A DNA stretch of 60,922 nt, the filler included, from Dugesia japonica (lineage: Eukaryota), in the NCBI GenBank assembly GCA_001938525.1. It is 6 parts of 6 records of this genome, joined end to end, with 100 filler letters (N's around TTAATTAATTAA, not from the genome) between each part and the next. Parts side by side here need not be neighbours in the genome. Positions count along the whole stretch, not along the records: positions 17,492 to 30,597 come from MQRL01591913.1; positions 30,698 to 41,712 come from MQRL01635238.1; 4 more parts are not named here. One strand, given 5' to 3'. Both the position numbers and the translations under genes were made by a program. Shown here in pieces: positions 27,380 to 38,624 of the stretch. How positions within the stretch are numbered: the first letter of the stretch is position 1; the number at the start of each line of letters is the position of its first letter. Under the pieces are notes generated by a model. That model ran no database searches, was not told the DNA's origin, and saw nothing but the letters and a program-made list of their open reading frames with translations.

Positions 27380-28240
27380 TATAACTTTTGAACAAAAAGT
27401 TGTAGAAATTTTAAATTTCCTCAAATTCCGACAAATTTAACGCTGAAAACCTCCGAAATTTCATCAATTGCTCCAATCACTTGAAGTAGTACTCATAATT
27501 TTACTGGAGAGCTCTTTATTAAATATTCTTTAAATTATCATGCTAACAATGGAATGGCTGCAGAGATATTTTCTAAATATTTAACATATTTTTGATAGAA
27601 ATATAAACGATATTCCCACTAAATTTGTTTTTTGTTTGAAATTCAGTACATCGATAAAATAGTTTTCTATTTTTCAACGAATTTTTCGGTGGCTTTTGTT
27701 TTTCGATAATTTCGAAAATCTTATAATAAACACTATTCTAGCTCGTAAATACATATACAGATATGTTTCTTGCATTAATTAATAAAAATAAATAATAAAT
27801 ATTTTAAAAAATGTTTTAAAATAAGACTGTAAATCAGCAAATTACATCTAAATAATAATTGATTGGTTATGTTTGTTGATAATCATTTCATTGAAGGAAG
27901 GATATTTTAGCATAATTTCAGAAGTAACAAATGATAAGAATTTCATATTTTCAATATATTGAAGCGTTTCTTTGACCAATGTATAAATATAAGTGGCAAA
28001 CATTTAATGTTATTTATCACAAATACAGACTAATTCGGTTCTAAAATAAAATAATGCGATAACAGTGATTTCACTTCATTAGTCAATTCACCAAAATTTG
28101 ACTATACAAATACGATACTACTACATAAATATAACAAGTTCAGGTATTAAGTACGAGACAATTATCAAGCCAGATAAAATGAATTTAATTAAATAAGCAC
28201 TTGCATGTGCTGCTAGAAAATCATTTGTAGTTAAGCATAT
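27380..28240 (-). pseudogene. Possible very decayed P-element/THAP9-like transposase
   Basis: Fragments KATEKFVEK…FIDVLN and LAAHASAYLIK weakly recall P-element motifs; many stops. Confidence 0.25.
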
Positions 28241-28783
28241 CCGAGTTTAGGAACAAAGATATAGTGGATTTTTTTCGTAGTGGCATCTCTAAACAAGAGT
28301 CATGTTTTGGTTAGAGATAATTAATACAAAAATTATATTTCTTTATATATATAAAATATAAAAATAAATATATAAAATAGCAATCCAGTAAATTTCATTA
28401 ATAAAGTATTTCAACAATCATTTTATCAAGACTTTGAACCGTTAAATCTAAATGCCCATTATTGCTATATAAAACAAGGAATTTTATTTTCTTTGTATAT
28501 TTTAATTATAGTACGTTTTGAAATGAGTTCAGTCCTTCTGCAACTCTGTGGGAATGTTGTTCTAAGCAAAATTTTGACATTAGTGAAGAATTTTTTAAAT
28601 ATTTAAAATTTTAATTTTAATAATTTATATTATAAATATTTCTCAATTTTAGTAGTTATTTGTTTATGTACATCAATTTCAATAATTAATCAAGAAATCA
28701 TAATAATTTATATCAGCTGAATTTTTAATTTATTGATAAACTTTAAGTTTAAATTGATAAATTAGAAAAATCAAGTTTTGATA

Positions 28784-29648
28784 ATGGCAGTCAACGGGAA
28801 AGCTGATTGTATATTAGTTAATGGTAATCATGCATATGATGATCAAAATATGGATATAGCCACTACACCATCTGGTGAAAGTGATAATAAATTAACTTCG
28901 TCAATCAGACAAACTGAAATTTTAAGATGTTTTGCTCAGTATTTGTTAGAAAAAAATTATAAGTAATATATTTTATATTTAATGTTTTTTATAATTTTAA
29001 TTTTTTTAATAGGGAAACTTATGATAAATTAGTTTCAGAATCTGGAGTTGTTTTGGAAAATCATAATGTAGCTAAGTTAAGAGAATCAGTTTTATCTGGA
29101 GATTGGGTTGAGGTAAATATTTTTTGTAATTATCCAATACTGAAAATTTAAAAGGCAGAAGATGCTTTATCTAATTTGAAATTTGAGGTTAATTCTGAAG
29201 AACACTTAAGACAAATGCAATTTCTTATTTTGGAACAAAGAATTTTGGAGGCCATGGAAGACAAAAATTTTTTACACGGTGTTGAATTACTCAGAGAAAG
29301 ATTAACACCGATGAATTTAAACAGAGACAGAGTTCATCATTTAGCAACGTATTTATATAACTCCTTTGTATATTATTAAAAAATACAATTACTGTTTAGA
29401 TGTCTCATGTATAAAGAAATCTCAGAGTTGCATAATATGGCCAGTTGGAAAGGTAAAAATGGCGGCAGCAGAGAAATCTTAGTGGATAAGTTACAAGGTT
29501 TTATACCTGCTCAAGTTATGTTACCTCCGAAGCGCCTTGAAACACTTTTTAATATGGCTATTGAATATCAAATTTCCAAATGTCCATTTCATAATTCAGG
29601 AATTAATCTCATGGACCAATCGTTATTACAGAATCATGAATGCGGACG
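28784..29648 (+). CDS. WDR26: WD repeat-containing protein 26 (GID7/CTLH complex subunit), 5' four exons: 28784-28962, 29013-29112, 29155-29348, 29400-29648; WD40 exons not in this segment
   Basis: Spliced product …EILRCFAQYLLEKNYKETYDKLVSESGVVLENHNVAKLRESVLSGDWVEAE…MQFLILEQR…LRERLTP…RVHHLATCLM…SREILVDKLQGFIPAQVMLPPKRLETL…C.FHN…SLLQNHEC matches the WDR26 LisH/CTLH region. Three GT-AG introns of 50, 42 and 51 nt preserve the frame. Confidence 0.92.
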
Positions 29649-29899
29649 GTGAGATTTGGACTTTTATATTTATTATTAATTACAAATTTTGTTATTTTTT
29701 CATATAAATATTATAAAATATCAGAAAAAATAATTTTTAATTAATATTTAATTTTAGTGTTTTTCATGATTTCATTGTATTGTTAGATTTTTTTAGAAAT
29801 ATTCATCAGGATCTACGCCTTATAAATAAATTAAATCTAATACATTCATTATATATTACAATTTATATTACATTATATATATTACATATAAACAAAAAC

Positions 29900-30597
29900 C
29901 CCCAATAAATGACAATTTTTCGAAAAAATAAAATTTTATACAAAATATTGTACCAAAAAATTTTAATTATTGGAAAAAATTTAAAATTAAACTAAATAAA
30001 TTGAAATTATACCAAAAAAATTAAATTTATACGAAACAAAATAAAAGTATACCAAAAAAATTGAAATTATTGGAAAAAATTAAAATTAAACCAAAAAAAG
30101 ATTATCTAAAAAAATTAAAATTAAACCAAAAAATTAAAATTGTACAANNNNNNNNNNNNNNNNNNNNNNNNNNNNNNNNNNNNNNNNNNNNNNNNNNATT
30201 AAAATTAAACCAAAAAATTAAAATTGTACAAAAAAATAAATATTTACCAAGAAAATTAAAATTAAACCAAACAAAAATTAAAATTAAACCAAAAAAAATT
30301 AAAATTATATCAAAAAAAAATATAAATTATACCAATAAAATTAAAATTATACCCAAAAAAATTAAAATTAAACCAAAAAAAAATTAAAATTAAACCAAAA
30401 AAAAATTAAAATTATAGAAAAAATTTAAATGATGATACCCAAACAAAATAAAATTAAACCAAAAAATTAAAATTGTACAAAAAAATAAAATTATACCAAA
30501 TAAATTGAAATTATTGGAAAAAATTAAAATTAAACCAAAAAAAGATTATCTAAAAAAATTAAAATTAAAAAAAAGATTCTACCAAAAAATTAAAATT
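29900..30597 (+). repeat. Low-complexity satellite (AAAATTAAAATTA(A/T)ACCAAAA-like units) in WDR26 intron
   Basis: Visible ~20-bp tandem units. Confidence 0.85.
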
Positions 30598-30697
30598 NNN
30601 NNNNNNNNNNNNNNNNNNNNNNNNNNNNNNNNNNNNNNNNNTTAATTAATTAANNNNNNNNNNNNNNNNNNNNNNNNNNNNNNNNNNNNNNNNNNNN
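30598..30697. other. Artificial contig spacer
   Basis: N44-TTAATTAATTAA-N44. Confidence 0.97.
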
Positions 30698-31666
30698 CCC
30701 GAAGGAGACAAAATCACAATTAAAATACCAGTTTATTATACAGTAAAGCATATACGGGAAAAATTGCCGTTTAAGCCACCATATAAACTTTTGGACGAAG
30801 AAGGAATAGTGGAGGACACCACCCCAATTGGACTAATAAAGATCGACTTAGTTAAACCTAATATACTGTGGATTTTTCCNNNNNNNNNNNNNNNNNNNNN
30901 NNNAAAAGACGCAGATCCTTATAAAGCAGCGGATAAGACCAGACCGATAATGGGTGAGACCTCCGGTATGTTAAAGGAATATAAACATCGAACACAACTT
31001 GCAGCTAGCCAAATATTGCGGCCAACAACAAACCAATCAGGAAGTACTGAAGCATCTCGGGAAACTAAAGGAACCCCTAAAACCAGCCAGAATGGGGAAC
31101 GCGAAATATTCGGATCCCCATCAGCAGATAAATCAGCCAAAGACGAAGATGAGGTACAAATTACAAAATATTCCCCTCCCACTGGGAAAAGTAAGGAAAT
31201 AAAGAAAACCGACACCGCACTAAAGAAGAAATATGACCCTACCAAAGTTGACTTGGATGAAGAAGATATATTGNNNNNNNNNNNNNNNNNNNNNNNNNNN
31301 NNNNNNNNNNNNNNNNNNNNNNNAAGACCAACCATTATCACCAATATTGAGTAGAATAGCGAAAGAATTACTATCTTCGGTAATGAATGATTTGATCGAC
31401 GCAAATCATCCGTTAGAGATAGAAAATCCAATAGAAATAGAAGAGAAAGAGGCACCACCAAAACCAGTACGCACCCGAGTAGACGCAGAAACAACCACGG
31501 AACCGCGTAATCGGAGTAGACCAAGAACGAAACCCCCAGGAAATCCGGAAGAAGAAGAAGCAATGAAACAAAGACGATTAGCAACCTCAATAAACCATCA
31601 AACCAAGAGATTAGCAACGGTAGATAGTAGCAAGAAAGATACCACGAAAAATCAACGGATGATGAC
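30698..31666 (+). pseudogene. Polyprotein upstream region: possible ubiquitin-like domain (30698-30880) followed by charged/disordered linker
   Basis: PEGDKITIKIPVYYTVKHIREKL…YKLL…IVEDTTPIG…ILWIF aligns by eye with ubiquitin GKTITLEV…TIENVKAKI…QRLI…LEDGRTLS…TLHLV. Confidence 0.4.
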
Positions 31667-32137
31667 ATGCCCACGGAGGTCGTAATACGACAATTATTGC
31701 TAATGCTATATCCAGAACTAAAGATATGGATTNNNNNNNNNNNNNNNNNNNNNNNNNNNNNNNNNNNNNNNNNNNNNNNNNNTCCAGAACTAAAGATATG
31801 GATTGGTAAATTTCAATTATCCGATACCCTCAGACCATTAGCAAAAGAAATAGAAGTAGCCATCAGGAAATTTCCTGCTACTAAAGGAAATAGTCATGGT
31901 ACTAGAGACAATCTAGAAGGGGTGATGGATGAACTGTTACAGGATTCACCCACAAACGGAAGAGTAGTAGTATCAATAGCACACTTAATCAATNAGACAC
32001 ACTTATCAATTGCTAGAAGTAAGCCGTCAAAAAACTTCATTCTCAGTAAGTTGCCGATAGTGGATCTAATGCAAAACAAAATAGTACCATTGATAAAGCA
32101 ACAAGGTGGATGGAAAAAGTTTATTGAGACCATTTGT
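31667..32137 (+). CDS. Bcl-2 family domain within the retroelement polyprotein
   Basis: BH4-like TEVVIRQLLLMLY, BH3-like LSDTLRPLAKEIE, BH1-like LEGVMDELLQDSPTNGRVVVSI and BH2-like KIVPLIKQQGGWKKFIE, in canonical order and spacing. Confidence 0.8.
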
Positions 32138-32245
32138 CCTAAGCCTCAACCATCACATGAAAATGCAACTAGAGTGATAAGAGTCGTTCGGGATCAGTTA
32201 AATGAAATCGAGAATGGATGGACACGTGGACCACATGGAAATTCA

Positions 32246-34446
32246 TGGCAAGCGTTAGCAACCACGATACTCGTATTGTTCTTAATGATGGGCAGAAGCG
32301 AAGCCATATTGGCATATGACTGTGACGGAATGCAAGTTGGAAAGGAAGTCTTTTCGCTGGTAGATACGGAAGAATGCCCAGATGCAAACCCTGAAAAAAT
32401 CTCACTCCGTAACAATTCTGTCTATCATCTCTATCAGGAGTCGGATTATTATAAAGCCCAGGTACGCGAGTGTGCNNNNNNNNNNNNNNNNNNNNNNNNN
32501 NATTGCGGGTACCATAGTTATACGTCAATAATCGACCCAGGAACGGTGAGGCATCCTGTACATCTAACCGGACAGCAATGCGATGAAGGATTTGCTACAG
32601 GAAAAATTACCATCAAACATGGTACTCAGGTTGTTGCCAAGAAAGAACATGTAATCGACCAACCTATAGAAGCAGCAGGAAGTATATCCACCCATAAGNN
32701 NNNNNNNNNNNNNNNNNNNNNNNNNNNNNNNNNNNNNNNNNNNNNNNNGTATGGCAATATGCAATAGCAATCGAAACCTACACGGTAGAACTCAAGGAAT
32801 ATGAAGCATATTTCGATGCCCAAGATTTGACGATGAAGGGAAGATCATACTGCAAGGCAGCCGATGGGGCATGCAATACAGGCACATCAACATTGACATA
32901 CAAAGTAGATCACCAGGACTGTAAGTTGGCATATCTAAAAGAAGCCGTGTTTAATGAATACCAAGGACAACGTGCAATAACACCTACTTATCAAGCACCC
33001 CCAGCAGGTAATCTAAAAGAGGTAATAGATAATTTCAAGGAAACCATAAAGACAGGCCCAAAATCCTATGACCAACAATGGCACGCAACGCCGACGGTAT
33101 TAATGTCTTCGGAACAAGACGAGACTATCCGGTTAATCAAGGGAAATTCCATTTCAAAATGCGGGCAAATATTATTTAAAACAAACTATAAAGGAATATT
33201 CGTGTCCGAACATCGAATAAGAATAGCGAAAGCCGCAGTAATGTCACAAGACATCAAATTACATCTCTTCACCAATAATAAACTGGACAATATATTTCAT
33301 CGAATGCAAGATACCATCGGACAAATGTACCACGACCTCGTTCAAAATGACTGCACGTTAAACAAAGAAATATTAAAAACAAAATTAGCGATGGCAGTTA
33401 CGAACCCTGACAGTGTCACTCCATTACTTTCATTGGAAAAGGGACAATTCAGCCGAATAGTAGGAGAAGTAATGTACTTATACAAATGCAAGGCCATTGA
33501 TGCCGAATTCTCGTCTAATCCAAAACACTGCTACAACGAAATAGAAATTATTCACAACAAGGAGAAAAGATATTTACAACCCATTACTCGAATAATATCG
33601 CCGTTGGGTTATAGACCAAATATCATAAACTGTTCTAATGTATTTGGGCCACAATACGTAATGACAGACGGGTCATGGATAAGATTTCCTCAACGAATGG
33701 CAGTAGGAGTCGAACCACGAAAGTTTTCAATGTTACGGCTAAATGGGGGCATGCAATTTACCCCAATCGATATAAATAAAGGAGGAATCTACAGCAGAGA
33801 AGATTTAGAAAAAGCCAGAGAATATATGTTGTTTCCAGTCCGAAGGATGCAAATTCTCTCCAATATAGTACAATTAACCAGTGGAACCAACATCAACGGG
33901 CGAGTAAATTATGACGCACTATTACCAGCTGATCACTTCCAAAAAGCCACCGAAAATGTTATGAAAAAAATGTGGGGAAGATTCATAATATTTGGCCAAG
34001 CAATGGCAGGATTGTTGGGAGTTATGTTAATAATTTCAGTGACACGAGTAGTAATCACTCAATTATTCGCATGTTTCGATATATACAAAAGAGAGAAAAA
34101 AGTGAACTGGAAAATGGTAACAGGAATTTTTCCATTCTTAGCTAAAACCATGGTGCTTAATAGTCACTCCAAGGACATCGACAGAGTAAAGAGATTCATC
34201 CGAAAGCTCGGACAAATACGAGGATCAGACAAGGAAGTCATAATACAATTCCGACTATTGTGCGAAGAAATGAGCAATGCTAAGAAGAAAATATCATATT
34301 TCAATCAATTCAAAGAAAGGTTTAAAAATAAGGACGCAAGTAGTAGCAGTAGCAACGATGATAGAGGAGAAAACAGTGGAATACCACATGTACCCAGTTA
34401 TAAAACCGCTATGGAATATGATGCAGAATTCAAGAGACAACAATAA
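32246..34446 (+). CDS. Envelope glycoprotein, chuvirus(Jingchuvirales)-G-like, with internal signal (32246-32305) and C-terminal TM (~33982-34077)
   Basis: Signal-like WQALATTILVLFLMMGRSEA, then LAYDC…SLVDTEECP…YQ…C…CGYHSY.S…C…C….G.C…KC…L.KTNY…NNKL…C…GEV.YLYKC…CYNE…YLQPITRII…C…P.Y…GSW…GIYS. Frame continues from 32749 after an N gap. Confidence 0.85.
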
Positions 34447-34794
34447 GAAAAGATCAGCAAGATGCAACGACTAAAGAACGCGTTCAAGTTCGGAGGTGGA
34501 GAAAGCATACCAGCACCCGCACAAATGTATTATAACGCTTATCCGCAACAGGGTTGGCAACCCATGAGCCAACCACCACAACCAGTATGGGCACCAGGCA
34601 CGATGTACAACAACCCGTATATGAGCCCACCACAAGCCCCGAATATGGTCATGTTAACCGAAAATAATGTATCCACTATGTACCGAAGAATAATTGAACC
34701 AAATTTACGAGCTCCGAATAATCAAATCACAGAGGATGATAAGTTAGAGACACAAACGGTTTGTATGATGATTTCTCAGAAAGCAAAATTATTA

Positions 34795-35070
34795 CAGAAA
34801 AGGATAAAAATCGACGGAAGATGGATAATAGCTATTATCGATACAGGAGCAAGTGCGACGTTAGTTCATAAAAGGATATTGGAAGATTATCGTCTACTCA
34901 GAATAACAATTAAATAAGGTGTTATTATCACGGCCTCTGGAGAAAAAATCTCGCCCATTGGGGAAGCAATATGTGCAATAGAAAGCGATGGAACTCGATT
35001 CTGGCATAAATTGCAGATAATGAACGAAGTAGCATTCGATTGCGTATTAGGATTAGACCTGTTGCCACGA
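34795..35070 (+). pseudogene. Retropepsin domain 1 (in-frame TAA at 34915)
   Basis: IKIDGRWIIAIIDTGASATLV (DTG at 34840) … *GVIITASGEKISPIG … DCVLGLDLL. Confidence 0.88.
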
Positions 35071-35394
35071 CTCTGTCCAGATGGACTATTGGATTTGAGC
35101 AAACTAACCATCCGTGAAAACTATAATCAGGAATATGCACCAATAGGTTATTATAAAACGAGAATTATAACACAACCAAAACGACCACCACAATGGACTC
35201 AGCAAAGCTCAAGTAGCCGAAAGGAACAAGGCAACTCCAATCAGAACCATCGAAATATCACCAATACAGCCACCATGATAAAGGATGACTGGATACGGTT
35301 CCAAGAACGGGAACCCAGATGGAAAAGCAAACCACAATTAAACGCCATTAATAACCCATCAGATGTAGTATGCACGAGTCTCAATGGTGGGCCA

Positions 35395-35670
35395 GTATTA
35401 ACTATTATAGTTAGAATCAACGGTCGATCTATAACCGCTCTAGTGGACACCGGAGCAACCATATCATTACTATCTATCGACGAAATTGCGATAACAGAAT
35501 ATAAAAACATAGTACCCACAAATACTACCGCAGATGTAGCGAATGGCAGTAGTCTGAAAATTTTTGGAGAATTGGCCTGTGAAGTCGAGTACCAAGATAA
35601 TAAAATTAAGCACAATATGATTATAGTAGAAATGATGGGACAGTACATTCTAGGGACGGACATTCTTCCC
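35395..35670 (+). CDS. Retropepsin domain 2
   Basis: VRINGRSITALVDTGATISLL (DTG at 35446) … VANGSSLKIFG … YILGTDIL. Confidence 0.92.
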
Positions 35671-36059
35671 ATTCTGATGAAAAATGGAATATTGAATTTC
35701 TCAACATTACGGTTACAATCATTGGAGGGCTATACCCATGTAAAGGATCACGAAGTATTTACCACGCAGGAAATTTTGGTGCCCAGTAGATGCCAAATAT
35801 ACTGTGTAGTCANNNNNNNNNNNNNNNNNNNNNNNNNNNNNNNNNNNNNNNNNNNNNNNNNNNNNNNNNNNNNNNNNNNNNNNNNTACGGCAGGAGGAAT
35901 AACCACCGTAAATAAAAGCGGAGAAATACCAGTCAGCTTGATTAATTTCACGGAAAAAGACATCAAAATCAAGCCAAACTTCAGGATGGGTACATTAACA
36001 CCCATCGAACTAGAACCTACCATAATAGACGAAGTAGCCACCGAACCAGAAATCAACCG

Positions 36060-36597
36060 AACATTTAAAGTAGAAACAGAGACTTTGACGGAGGATCAAA
36101 AACAAGCAATACTGCAATTACTAGAGGAGTTTCGAGACATTGTTGCATGGACCGATGAGGAATTAGGTATGTGCACCGCGACAATGCATACCATTCCACT
36201 AACAGATGAAACNNNNNNNNNNNNNNNNNNNNNNNNNNNNNNNNNNNNNNNNAAAGAATTCGCAAATAAAGAAACAGCCAAATTAGTGAAAATAGGCGTA
36301 ATAGAACCTAGCTGCTCACCATGGCAGTCACCAGTGGTGTTGGTAGATAAAAAAGATGGCACACTGAGATTTTGCATTGATTACAGAAGATTAAATGCCC
36401 AAACTAAGTAGGATACATATCCATTACCAGATATCAATGAACTGTTGCAACTACTGTGTAATGCTAAAATATTCACCATATTAGATCTGCGAAGCGGTTA
36501 CTGGCAAATAAAGATCAAACCCGAAGATAGGGAGAAAACCGCCTTCTCTACAGGCAAAGACTTGTATCAGTTTATCCGTATGCCATTCGGGCTTACT
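36060..36597 (+). pseudogene. Reverse transcriptase, N-terminal half only (TAG at 36409; YxDD region deleted)
   Basis: [40 protein letters not shown]…LDLRSGYWQI…KTAF…MPFGLT, joined directly to QQSFETLRDKLLTAPIL. Confidence 0.93.
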
Positions 36598-36599
36598 AA

Positions 36600-37040
36600 A
36601 TGCAACAATCATTTGAAACATTACGTGATAAATTATTAACCGCACCAATTCTAGTACATCCAGATTTTAAAAAGCCATTTATATTAGCCACCGACGCTAG
36701 TGGATACGCGATGGGGGCGGTGTTAAGTCAATTGGATGAACAAGGGAGAGAAAGAGTAATAGCGTATTTTAGCAAGAAATTCCAAGGAGCATAATTAAAT
36801 TACAGTACCACGGAACGAGAGATAATGGCAATCGTGAAGGCTACCAAGCACTTCAGGTCATTGATACATGGACATGCAGTATTAATCTATACGGATCACT
36901 TACCAATCACTTTCATGGCCCAGAAACCACTGCGATGGAATAGGATGGCCAAGTGGCAATTGGCAATGCAAGACTATTGTCCACTGTTAAAATTTAAAAC
37001 AGGTAAGGCAAACTCCAATGCCGACTGCCTGTCCAGAATC
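36600..37040 (+). pseudogene. RNase H (TAA at 36792)
   Basis: PFILATDASGYAMGAVLSQ…IAYFS…NYSTTEREIMAI…YTDH…NSNADCLSR. Confidence 0.93.
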
Positions 37041-37339
37041 GGTGGACCAGAAGCTACAGAAAACACACCAGAAAATACAGAAACGTTTACCTTACGAGAA
37101 TTATTGGAGAAGAAAGTGGGCATGGTATATTTTATTTTAGCCGAAGATAGAAATTTCGACGGATTGAAACAAGCACAAACAGACGATGAAGAAATAAAGA
37201 TCATCACAAANNNNNNNNNNNNNNNNNNNNNNNNNNNNNNNNNNNNNNNNNNNNNNNNNNNNNNNNNNNNNNNNNNNNNNNNNNNNNNNNNNNNNNNNNN
37301 NNNNNNNNNNTTGACAGCTCAGGATGGAGAAAACACCGT

Positions 37340-38315
37340 ATTAGTTATTCCTAAAGTACGACGAGCTGCGTTACTAGAGCAGTACCACAATGGGGTACTC
37401 GGGGACATATGTCCCATAAGAAAACTGAGTCCAAGCTGAGACAGAAATATTACTGGCCACAGATGACGGAATCGGTAAAGGAATGGATTGCTAAATGCCA
37501 AATATGTGCAGCCAGAAGAGGAACAGGAAAGAGAGTAAAAGCATTACTAAAATCCATTGCGGTACCAGCAGCACCAATGGAAATAATTGCCATGGATGTA
37601 GTAGGACCACTACCACCTACTTTAAGCGGGAATATTTACATCCTCACCATATCGGATTATTTATCTAAATTCCCGGAGGCATTCCCTATGAAAAATCAAA
37701 AAGCAACCACCATCGCAGATATCCTGGTACGTAAGGTTTTCAGTCGTTATGGGACGCCAAAGAAAATATTGACGGATCAAGGGAAGAACTTTATGAGTAA
37801 CGTCTTGGCAGAAATATCGAGTTTCCTGAAAATTCACCAATTACGAACTTCACCATACCACCCACAAACGGATGGGTTAACGGAACGATTTAACAAAACC
37901 TTGATCAATATGCTGTCCAGTTATGCTCAAAAGAAACAAAATAATTGGGATAAACATATTCAACTTTGCTTATTCGCGTATCGGATGAGTGTACATCGGC
38001 AACGAAATACACGAAATTCGGTCTTATGTATGGTAGGGAGTGCAACATGCCGATTGACTTAGAATTCCAACCACCAATAACGCAATATCAAGACGAAACG
38101 GATTTTGCAGCAAATTTCAAAGAAACTATGCAGAAAATCTGGAAACAGGCAAAGGAGAATGTAGGTTTCTACCAGGAGAGCTACAAGGATCTACATGATA
38201 AATCAGCAATGCAACATTCCTTTAAAAAAGGTGTCATGGTATTGATCAATCTACCGGACATTTGTGTCGGTACAACATCGAAATTAAAAAGACCATGGCA
38301 AGGACCGTATGAAGT
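37340..38315 (+). pseudogene. Integrase (HHCC, DDE core, GPY/F), two frameshifts
   Basis: YH…GH…YYWPQM…CQIC; AMDVVGPLP; ISDYLSKF; LTDQGKNF; SPYHPQTDGLTERFN; WQGPYEV. Confidence 0.95.
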
Positions 38316-38624
38316 TAAACGGTCTCAGCGAGGACGCTGAGTTTAAAGAAAACGGGGAAGGATTAATATCGGGAGAAGAGAGTCTAGTAAAACCAGAAAC
38401 GGGTCTACCTACCGCAAATTCGGAAAGTACAGAATCAGAATCGCAAAAGATAAAGGGAGTATTAAGGACTGATAATTTTAAACACACCACCAACATAGAA
38501 AAGGCTGAGGAAAGTAGTACAATCATAACCACTTTACCAAATATTTCAGTGTAGGAGCAAGGAAGTAAATTATGTAAAATCAAATATGCATTAAGTAATA
38601 CCTTGTAATTATAAAGAAAATGTT

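Noticed and set aside
30061-30387. Lys/Ile-rich ORF
   Set aside because: Translation of satellite DNA.
30919-31674. 251-aa hydrophobic antisense ORF
   Set aside because: Shadow of the A-rich sense-strand polyprotein and spans N gaps; no independent support.
32306-34446. Stand-alone endogenous chuvirus
   Set aside because: No L or N gene present; G is in frame with retroelement domains.
35750-36010. dUTPase between PR and RT
   Set aside because: A beta-rich spacer of the kind often seen in gypsy pol; no dUTPase catalytic motifs visible and partly gapped.
34444-36794. Alternative genetic code explaining the in-frame TAA/TAG
   Set aside because: The same element has frameshifts and a large deletion, and the putative host exon at 2137-2481 ends in TAA; ordinary decay is sufficient.
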